DNA of 63,149 nt. Source: Octopus sinensis (Eukaryota). The DNA lies in the NCBI RefSeq assembly GCF_006345805.1, contig NW_021832400.1:1-63149 (forward strand). The letters are read 5' to 3'. The notes under the pieces are model-generated. The model saw only the letters and a list, made by a program, of their open reading frames with translations, searched no databases and was not told where the DNA came from. Within the stretch, counting starts at the first letter, position 1, and every line of letters begins with the position of its first letter. Positions 52,799 to 63,149 of this stretch are shown here, piece after piece. A program made the position numbers and the translations under genes.

Positions 52799-53201
52799 TT
52801 TTCATTGTCGATATCTCTTATCTTTTGTTACGCCAATCAGGAACCTTTGGGGCTAACCGTCTCTTGTTTCTTGATAATTTCCAGCAAAAATTTGTACACA
52901 GTTCTAGTGGAGTGTCTACGAACATGTTGCTACATTTTTATTGATGATGACAATGATAATAAAATTAATCACGCTTTAAATAATGGCTGGTTTGAAATCA
53001 ATTTGAAGCAATGTAATAGTCAGTGTTTGAACGGATTTGAAATGTAAATTATACGTTTGATAAAAACAGCTTTGTTGTTACAACAAAATATCCATAAATC
53101 TATCGTTCTATTAAATACCTTATTTAGCTCTAATTATTATTTTTCTTTTTATATTTGCAAAACAGAAAACAAGAAAAAAAAGGAAAAAAATCTACTACTA
53201 A

Positions 53202-53553
53202 GCGCAGGAGTGGCTGTGTGGTAAGTAGCTTGCTTACCAACCACATGGTTCCGGGTTCAGTTCCACTGTGTGGCACCTTGGGCAAGTATCTTCTACTATA
53301 GCCTCGGGCCGACCAAAGCCTTGTGAGTGGATTTGGTAGACGGAAACTGAAAGAAACCCGTCGTATATATGTATGTATATGTATGTGTGTGTATATGTTT
53401 GTCCTCCTAACATCGCTTGACAACCGATACTATCAGCAAAAGAGACCGATAGAATAACCACTAAGCTTACAAAGAATAAGTCCTGGGGTCGTTTTGCTCG
53501 ACTAAAGGCGGTGCTCCAGCATGGCCGCAGTCAAATGTCTGAAACAAGTAAAG
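53202..53553 (+). mobile_element. SINE family A with an internal deletion
   Basis: Diagnostic blocks present. Confidence 0.88.
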
Positions 53554-54074
53554 AATCCTACCTAGACGATTTTATGATCGCTTCTAAATGAAAGTAAAGA
53601 TACACCCCTCGATATATTTATATGACGTATACGCTATTATACAGACTTTTCACTAGGACTCCCGTCGTCAACGTTTAGCGACGGAAAGCCGTTTCTCTTT
53701 TAGAGATAAGTCAACAGAAAGGAGAAATCAGTGACAACATGGTGGAAGAAAAGGGCAAGGAGTAAAATGGATGGAATAAATTAACTTAAATGTTGTCTGA
53801 TACTAACGCAATATTACTAACGGCTAAAAATCACATTATCGCATCGGACACTAGCTACATTATTCTAAATACGCGAATCGATGTCGTAACATCAGCAAAG
53901 AATTCTTCAAGACTTTAATTACATTTCGTCAGAGCAAGACTGATTAAATCACTGTGAATATCTCAACACACAAGGAATAATCTCTGATGTATAGCGATAT
54001 TATAAAGAGCTCTCAATAAGTAAATGCGAAAGAGATAAAAACAGGACAAAACGAAAAAATTATTATTACAACAG

Positions 54075-54262
54075 AACCCGTTAGCATGTCAGGCAAAATG
54101 CTTTGCGGCATTTCAAACAGTTCTTTCCACTTCAAGTTCAAATCCAGCTCAGCTTTTCATCCTTTCAGGGTCGATAACATAAGTACCAGTTGAACTCTGA
54201 GGCCGATGTAATCGACTTCCCGACCCCCCGAAATTGCAGGCACTGTGCCAAAATTTGAAAAA

Positions 54263-54301
<39 letters not shown>
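54075..54301 (+). mobile_element. Old SINE family B with alternative tail ending in (TTA)n
   Basis: Diverged centre, tail GAAATTGCAGGCACTGTGCC, then (TTA)n. Confidence 0.65.
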
Positions 54302-54798
54302 GAGAGAGAGGGCATGCTATTAAAGTGACACTGGGGTAAAATATACGAAGCTCAGTATACCCATCATGACTACCCGTCTGATAAGGGTACACTAGGCACA
54401 TGCATCGCAACCATATGTGCGCGACATGGTGATCTCATATCAAGATAAACAGCACATGATCTTGCAGGTGGGGCCCAGTTAGAATTTTCTTCTGGTCGAG
54501 TAACTCATCCCACTCAAAAGGTCCCTGAATAAGGGTTGTTTAAGGATGTTGAACGAAGCACCCATGTTTCCAGACGTGAATTATTCAAACCTCAAAGAAT
54601 CCCTCTCAACACACGGCTATGATGCTCCCCTACTATTTCTGCTCGTGATCAGAGATGCACATATCGTCAGCCACTAAGGGACATGCTCAACTGGTTAAGG
54701 TCAAGCGAGTGACAAGCAAATCTGTGGCATTGAGCAGAATATTTGCTGTAGCCCATCTTTTATACCAAGACAAAACAATGTACATGATAACACTTCTA

Positions 54799-54800
<2 letters not shown>
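54302..54800 (-). mobile_element. Family E element flanked by (TTA)n
   Basis: Longest E copy in the window; sits in the (TTA)n tail of the preceding SINE. Confidence 0.82.
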
Positions 54801-54850
<50 letters not shown>

Positions 54851-54873
54851 GTCAACCGTTTTTACATCTTTAT

Positions 54874-55080
54874 GAGGGCACATGGCCTAGTGGTTAAGGC
54901 GTTGCACTCACGATCGCGGGAACGTGATTTCAATTCCTAGACAGAGCTGTGCGATGATTTTGTTTTTTTGTTTTTTAGCAAAACACTTAATTTCGCATTG
55001 CTTTGCAATCACTTCGACCCCTAATGCGTGGTACACCTTGTACCTGTTCAGACAATGTTGATTTGATGGAGAGAGTGAGC
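54874..55080 (+). mobile_element. Diverged tRNA + CORE-like SINE (D/F-type head, another tail)
   Basis: GAGGGCACATGGCCTAGTGGTTAAGG ... AGCAAAACACTTAATTTCGCATTGCT. Confidence 0.6.
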
Positions 55081-55433
55081 CACCGAGCCGCACGAACATT
55101 TGATCGCTGTAAACAAATCATTTGTGAAGGTCGTTCGTCAAAAGCCGAAAGTTCATACGTCGTCTTCATAGTCATAAGGACAGAAAGATGGCTGAATCGT
55201 TAGAACGCCGAGCGAAAAATATTCGCGGCATTTCTTGCAGCTCTTTATGTTTTGAGTTCAAATTTCACTCTGGTCGACTTTGCCTTTCATTCTTTCAGGA
55301 TCGATAAAATAATATAGGGTCAATGATATTAACTAACCCCATGCGCTCTAAACAACTGGTTTTGTATCTAAATCAGAAACTATTCATCTATTTTGAATCG
55401 TACAACAACACCTGCACCAATAAGAAGACAGAA

Positions 55434-56401
55434 GGCGGCGAGCTGGCAGAATCGTTAGCATGCCGGGCGAAATGCGTAGCAGTATTTCGTCTGCCGCTAC
55501 ATCCTGAGTTCAAATTCCGCCGAGGTCGACTTTGCCTGTCATTCTTTCGGGGTCGATAAATTAAGTGCCAGTTACGCACTGGGGTCGATGTAATCGACTT
55601 AATACCTATGTCTGTCCTTGTTTGTCCCCTCTGTGTTTAGCCCCTTGTGGGTAATAAAGAAATAGGTACTTATTTAATCGACCCCGAAAGGATGAAAGGC
55701 AAGGTCGACCGCGGCGGAATTTGAACTCAGAACACTAAGACAGACGAAATACCTATTTCTTTACTACCCACGATTAAATGAGTACCAGTTACGCACTGGG
55801 GTCGATGTAATCGACTTAATCCGTTTGTTTATCCTCTCTGTGTTTAGCCCCTTGTGGGTAGTAAAGAAATACATCGACCCCAGTGCGTAACTGGTACTAA
55901 ATTTATCGACCCCGAAAGGATGAAAGGCAAAGTCGACCTCGTCGGAATTTGAACTCAGAACGTAGCGGCAGAGACGAAATACCTATTTCTTTACTACCCA
56001 CAAGGGGCTAAACACGGAAGGGACAAACAAGGACAGACAAACGGATTAAGTCGATTATATCGACCCCAGTGCGTAACTGGTACTTATTTAATAGACCCCG
56101 GAAGGAGGAAAGGCAAAGTCGACCTCGGCGGAATTTGAACTCAGAACGTAGCGGCAGAGACGAAATACCTATTTCTTTACTACCCACAAGGGGCTAAACA
56201 CGGAAGGGAACAAACAAGGACAGACAAACGGATTAAGTCGATTATATCGCCCCCAGTGCGTAACTGGTACTTATTTAATAGACCCCGGAAGGAGGAAAGA
56301 CAAAGTCGACCTCGGCGGAATTTGAACTCAGAACGTAACGGCAGACGAAATACTGCAAAGCATTTCGGCCGGCGTGCTAACGTTTCTGCCTGCTCGCCGC
56401 C
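55434..56401. mobile_element. Complex family B cluster with alternating orientation (+,-,+,-,-,-)
   Basis: Plus-strand head at 55434, minus-strand head ending 56401; orientation switches near 55667, 55771 and 55871. Confidence 0.85.
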
Positions 56402-57010
56402 TTCTTACAATCTTCTTACCACACAGCTACGCCCGCGCCTATGTTTTGCGCAACTAGAAAACGAACACCCATCGTTTTTTATTTGTATTCGGACTACATT
56501 CTGTGCCCAGATCTCTGCATCTTCAGGGCCAATAGAGACAAAAATTATTCTTATTCTTGGCGTTTCCATTGTTCCATTCCTCTTTACCGTTATTGCCATT
56601 TGTCGTGTCATCATCGTCGTCGCCGTCATCGCCACTGGCTTGTTTGATTGTTTCGCGTTATTTAAATTCTTCTTTCACGGTTGGACGATTTTAAATAAAG
56701 AACAAAGACAAATATAAAAAAGAAAAACACACAAAAAAAAAACCCGACTCAAAACACTAACAAAATAAAAAATATTAACAATAACTAAGAATTCCAGAAC
56801 CTTCTCTCCCTCACTCTCATCTACTTATGTGTAGAATATTTGTGCATGTAATAGTATGGATATATACATGTGTACATGTATGTATATATACACACACATA
56901 TATAGACATATGTATGCATATACATACATATATATATATATATACAGACATACATGTATGCATATACATACATATATATAGACAGACATACATGCATGCA
57001 TATACATACA

Positions 57011-57383
57011 CTAGCAGTATCGCCCGGCGTTGCTCAGGTTTGTAAGGGAAATAACTATAAAGCATTTAGAGAGTTATAGCCAAAAAATAGCAAAAAAAAA
57101 ATGGAAAAAAATGATGGTAATTTTTTTTTTAGTTAAAAAAGGTGGAGTTGCGTCCCCTAGACAGTTTGTGTTCTGATTCTCGACCCCATGTCGAATTTAT
57201 CGATTTTTTCAGAAACTGGGGGAACTTTTCAAAATTTTCGCTGCGTTAGTTTTGAATTATGACATTGGGCTATGTGTGTGTCAAGTTTCATCAGAATCGG
57301 TTGAAAGCCGTGGTCAGGGTGAGGGTACGAGAAAAAAGGACACACAGAAACACGCACAGACAACTGCCGTTTATAGAGAGAGA
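57011..57383 (-). mobile_element. Chimeric Helitron: H1 3' end with an unrelated 5' part
   Basis: First ~115 bp match the H1 CTAG end; remainder differs and ends in GA|T. Confidence 0.7.
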
Positions 57384-57428
57384 TATATACAGACATACAT
57401 GTATGCATATACATACATACATATATAT

Positions 57429-57469
<41 letters not shown>

Positions 57470-57765
57470 TACATGTTTATACAAGAGCATTTGTCTGTAC
57501 AAATATATACAAATGTGCGTGTGTGTGTGTAGATGTATATATGTCTGTATGAATATGTATATGTTGTTTATATACATCTATGTATATATGTACGCATGTT
57601 TGTTTATACGATTACATGTACATGCGCATACGTATATGTGTGTGTTCATGTATATATATATGTGTGTGTGTGTGTACATATATGCATATATACATATATG
57701 TACGTATTTCTGTATATGTATATATGTGTATATATATATGTATATGCATACATGTATGTCTATAT

Positions 57766-57816
<51 letters not shown>

Positions 57817-58025
57817 ATGCATACATATGTCTATATGTATATATATATATATACAGGTGGGTGGGTGTGCATGCCCATGCATGCATGATTGTATAGGATT
57901 AAGTTTATATAACATGTATGCCACACACGCATACCCTGCGATTTAAAATTTAAAATCTTTTGTCTGATATAGATTCGTCGTGTGTGCATATATGCATATA
58001 AAACCTATATATATGCACTCACAAA

Positions 58026-58074
<49 letters not shown>

Positions 58075-58556
58075 GATTCGTTCGTTTCGTTCCGTTCTTC
58101 TTCTCAAGTACTTGTTTATATATAATATATATATAATATATATATATATAATATATATATATATATGCACTCACGAATCTCTCTCTCTCTCTCTCTCTCT
58201 CTCCATATATATATATATATATATTGTATATACACCAACATATATGGATAGCGTTGATTTGTTTTCCAATTATTAATCTGAATTTCTGCAGAAAATTTTA
58301 TCAGACAAAAAAAAAACAAAAACAATTCAGTATTTGTCTTCGCTATTTTATTTCGTTTTCTTTTCATTTTTGATTATATATGACTTTTTATTGTCTCTTG
58401 TAGTTGTCGCTGTTAATTTTGGACTTTTCTTGTCTTTTGAAATATTTTCTTCTAGTCTCTGCTTCGCCGTCGCCATCTCTACAAGACAGACCTTATTGTT
58501 CTGAAAATGAATGACATGCTGCCAACCGAAACCCGATATATATATATTTATATATT

Positions 58557-58604
<48 letters not shown>

Positions 58605-59689
58605 ATATATATATATTGTGTGTGTGTGTGTGGTGTGAATATATATATATATATATATCTATATATATATATTATTATATATATACATACGTGGGCTATA
58701 TATGTTTGTTGTATATATAGATTATATATACATACATACACATAGACATAAAAGTGTATGTATGCATATATATATACGCACACATACAAATACAAATGTA
58801 TGTATATACATATAAACACACATATACAAATATATATATATGTGTGTATATATATATATATGTGTGTGTGTGTATATATGTGTGTATATAGTGGTGTGTA
58901 TATATTTGTGTGTATATGTGTGCGTGTGTATATATGTGTGTGTGTATATATTTGTGTGTGTATATATGTGTGTGTGTATATATGTGTGTATGTATGTGTG
59001 TATGTATGTGTGTATGTTTGTGTATATATATGTGTGTATGTGTGTGTGTGTATATAAAGTGTGTATATGTGCGTGTGTGTATATATGTGTGTATATATGC
59101 GTGTATGTATGTCTGTTATATATGTGTGTGTGTGTGTGTGTACAAATGCATAAATACTCAGAATTACAGAACAAAAATACAAATCTAACAAAATTCTTGT
59201 TTTTCACCCAATTCTGTTAGAATTTAAAAATGAAAGAAAAATTACAAATATACAAAGAAATTTTCTAAAACCGAGCAAAACTCCAAATAAATCTAAAGAA
59301 TTAAATCTTGGTCTGAAGGGTGAAGAAATTCAGTTCTTTGTCTTTCCATTTTCCTCATGATTTGGTAATTCTTCTGATATTCCTCCGACATATTGTATCA
59401 CGTTCTCTTGGTTAATTCAATGTTTGATAATAGGTCTTGTGTTTAGAGGCGATGGACTGACAGATAGAGTGGAATCGGTGGAGCGTCGGAGAAAATACAA
59501 TAGTTGTCAATAATTTAATAAGGTGGTTATCTGGCAGAACCATTAGTGCGTCGGACAAAATGCTTTGAAGCATTTCGTTTTTGGATTTATGTCCTAAGTT
59601 CAAATATCACTGAGGACAATTATGCCTTTGTTAAGGATGTTGAACGGAACACTCATGTTTCCAGAGGTACATTATTCAGACCCCAAAGA

Positions 59690-59694
59690 ATTAC

Positions 59695-59730
<36 letters not shown>

Positions 59731-60091
59731 TATATTTTATAATATTATTATTATTACTATTATTATTATTACTATTATTATTATTATTATTACTATTACT
59801 ATTATTATTATTATTATTATTATTACTATTATTATTATTATTATTCTATATTATTATTATTACTATTATATTATTATTATTATTACTATTTTATTATTAT
59901 ATATTATTATTATTACTATTATTATTATTCTTATTATTACTATTATTATTATTACTATTATTATTATTATTATTATTATATTATTACTATTATTATTATT
60001 ATATTATTATTATATTATTATTATTATTATTACTCTTATTATTACTATTTATTATATTACTATTATTATTATTACTATTATTTATTATTAC

Positions 60092-60127
<36 letters not shown>

Positions 60128-60695
60128 TATTATTATTATTATTATTATTATTTTATTACTATTATTATTATTATTATTATTATTACTATATATTATTACT
60201 ATTATTATTATTACTATTATTATTATTACTATTATTATTATTACTATTATTATTATTACTATTATTAATTTTATTACTATTATTATTATTATTATTATTA
60301 TTTTATTTTATTATTATTATTACTATTATTATTATTACTATTATTATTATTACTTTATATTACTAATTAGTATTATATTATTATTACTATTATTATTATT
60401 ATTATTATTATTTACTATTATTATTATTAGTATTATTATTATTACTATTATTATTATTACTATTATTATTATATTACTATTATATATTACTATTATTACT
60501 ATTATTATTATTATTCTTATTAACTATTATTATTATTACTATATTATTATTACTATTATTATTATATTATTATTATTATTACTATTTATTATTATTATTT
60601 TTTATTACTATTATTATTATTACGATTATTATATTATTAGTACTATTATTTATATTATTATTATTATTATTACTACTACTACTATTATTATTATT
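59690..60695. repeat. ~1-kb (TAT/TAC)n array preceded by an internal family E fragment (59625-59690)
   Basis: Directly visible; accounts for the 240-aa and 382-aa poly-I/L/Y ORFs. Confidence 0.95.
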
Positions 60696-61280
60696 CATTG
60701 TCTTTGCACAGCTTCTAACGCTGGCGATGTACTACGGTGCCAGCTGTTCACTGCCAATGAACTAAAGTAACACCCCATATTTTTCGAGCACCTTCTAGAG
60801 TATTTGAGCGGTTTCAAGCTGTGCTGTTTTCTGCAAATGCTCCACCTTCATTTCAGCCCCTATTTATTCCACGTACTTAAGATTTTTACTCACTGTTCCC
60901 GATAACTATTGGTACTATGACAACCTTTTTCATCGACCTCAGCTGCTTAACCTCCCAAGCTAACTCATATCTATCAAGTTTTCTTTCTTCCTTATCGCAT
61001 ACCTTGTCAACTGGGCATGCATTAAAACCCGTTACGTTTAGATTTATGCTGCATTTTATTCAAAATTTTTCACTTTGTCATCTGCTGAAAATAGATTATC
61101 TTACAGTCTTTCAAAGCTTTCACTACAACTCGGGTTGCTTTCAGTTTCTCTTTTCGTCATTTTTATTCAATGAACTACACGTAACTGTTCATACATTCTT
61201 CACAGTTACATTGCATATGTGTTTTCTGATCGCATATCTTTATCTATTATATGTTTCGGTCATTGGGCTTTCCTACTCTT

Positions 61281-61789
61281 GACACAAGACCCGAAATTTT
61301 GGGAAGAGCGCCAGTCGATTAGATCGACCCCCAGTATGCAACTGGTACTTGATTCATCTACTCTGAAAGGATGAAAGGCAAAGTCGACCTCGGCGGAATT
61401 TGAACTCGGAACGTAAAGACAGACGAAATACCTATTTCCTTACTACCCACAAGGGGCTAAACATAGAGGGGACAAACAAAAGGATTAAGTCGATTATATC
61501 GACCCCAGTGCGTAACTGGTACTTAATTTATCGACGCCGAAAGGATGAAAGGCAAAGTCGACCTCGGCGGAATTTGAACTCAGAACGTAAAGACAGACGA
61601 AATACCTATTTCTTTACTACCTACAAGGGGCCAAACACAAAGAGGACAAACAAGGACAAACAAACGGATTAAGTCGGTTATATCGATCCCAGTGCGTAAC
61701 TGGTACTTAATTTATCGACCCCGAAAGGATGAAAGGCAAAGTCGACCTCAGCGGAATTTGAACTCAGAACATGAAGACAGACGAAATAC
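61281..61789 (-). mobile_element. Headless SINE family B trimer; terminal unit has the alternative tail
   Basis: Junction GACGAAATAC|CTATTTC twice; array starts exactly at the unit boundary. Confidence 0.88.
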
Positions 61790-62129
61790 TTCATTGATCA
61801 CGTGGGAAACATTCTAGTGAATAGCGACATCGGATGATTGCTAAATATATACGCGCCATGACTATCACTACTTTACGCCACGGAAACGGGGGAACCGGCT
61901 TTTAGGAGTCAGAAGGGCTGGAGATGGTAACCTGTTTTTTAACCCGCAACTACACCGTATTATGTAACCTGACGATTAAAGACAGAATGAGGATTAATAT
62001 AAATGCAGAAATAAATAAATATTGGGTAGAAACAGTTTTATAGATGCATAAAAATGCACACAAGACACACGTAAACCCCAGTAAACACATAAACATGCAA
62101 GCGCCGAAAGGGATACATAACACAGAAAC

Positions 62130-62614
62130 AGAATGGAATGGACGGGTCAAGAGGGACAGAACTTTGCTGAGGAGGTCACGGAATGTCTGACGAAAGAACA
62201 CTGACAAATAATAATAATAATAATAATCCTTTCTACTATAGGCACAAGGCCTGAAAATTGGGTGGGTGGTACCAGTCGATTACATCGGCCCCGGTGTTTC
62301 ACTGGTACTTAATTTACACAATGGAATAGGCAGGACAAAAGGGACAGAGAGTCGCTGAGGTGGTCACGGAATGCCTGGCGAAATAACATTGACAACAAAT
62401 AATAATAATAATCCTTTCTATTATAGGCACAAGGCCTGAAATTTGAGAGAAGAGGATAGTCGATTACATCGACCCCAGTACGTAACTGGTACTTATTTTA
62501 TCGACTCCGAAAGGCTGAATGGCAAAGTCGACCTCGCTGGAATTTGAACTCAGAACGTAGCAGTTAATGAAATACTGCTACGCATTTCGCCCGACGTGCT
62601 GACAATTCTGCCAG
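62130..62614 (-). mobile_element. SINE family B (alternative (TTA)n tail) with a diverged ~180-bp duplication of tail plus flank
   Basis: GAGGTCACGGAATG...AATAATCCTTTCTACTATAGGCACAAGGCCTGAAA occurs twice. Confidence 0.75.
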
Positions 62615-63149
62615 TGCACGTGTTTAATTGGCAAAAGACGATTGTCCCCCCCCCAAGTATATCAATGTACTTTTTTTTAAAGACTGGTACTTATTCTACA
62701 CACACACACACACACGATGGGCTTTCACATAGTTTCCGTCTACCAAATTCACCTCACAAGGTGCTGTGCAGTGGGACTGAACTTGAAACCACACCACTGA
62801 AAAGACTCCCATACATCTGTATATATTTTACCTTCACACACACACACACACACGGAGACACAATTATTCCGAATTTTATATTCTTTAGTAATGTAATTAC
62901 TAAACGCTATATTTGTCAATTAATCGATCAATCAAGATTCGTCCACAAGGCATTTAATAAAGACCATCCGTAAAATTATATTTTCCATTACTGTACACCG
63001 TTAAAACTTATTTAAATAGGCTCCAGAATGTTCTGCCATATAAAATATAACAAGAACAAGTTAAAAAAACAACTATTACAGATATACATGTTTGTGCATC
63101 TGTATGTATGTATTTTATTATGCTTGTGTGTGTGCGTTGTGTACCCGTA

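Noticed and set aside
59310-59410. Small minus-strand ORF MSEEYQKNYQIMRKMERQRTEFLHPSDQDLIL
   Set aside because: In-frame stop just upstream and no supporting splice or homology evidence
59546-60770. 240-aa and 382-aa poly-Ile/Leu/Tyr ORFs
   Set aside because: Translations of the (TAT)n array

Overview
Repeat-dominated, AT-rich eukaryotic DNA with no confidently identifiable host gene. The SINE families and microsatellite load suggest an octopod (Octopus-like) genome; this is inference. Nearly all ORFs in the supplied track are microsatellite or SINE read-throughs. Recognisable content: four or more tRNA-derived SINE families in many copies; a decayed Penelope-like retroelement (RT + GIY-YIG) carrying a Helitron that itself carries a TTAA MITE; a full-length dead mariner; non-autonomous Helitrons and a Helitron helicase fragment; CR1 and R4/Dong-like RT fragments; an element always flanked by (TAA)n; several MITEs; a 127-bp satellite; and a ~1.4-kb tandem duplication. 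The most notable signal is nine minimal type-I hammerhead ribozyme motifs with palindromic helix III, mostly in small Penelope-like fold-back elements next to (TA)n tracts. They include recurrent non-canonical cores (compensatory U3-A8, and U4C). The second notable signal is a SINE family that recurs as head-to-tail and inverted multimers with a fixed junction. All calls were made by eye, with no database search or folding software.
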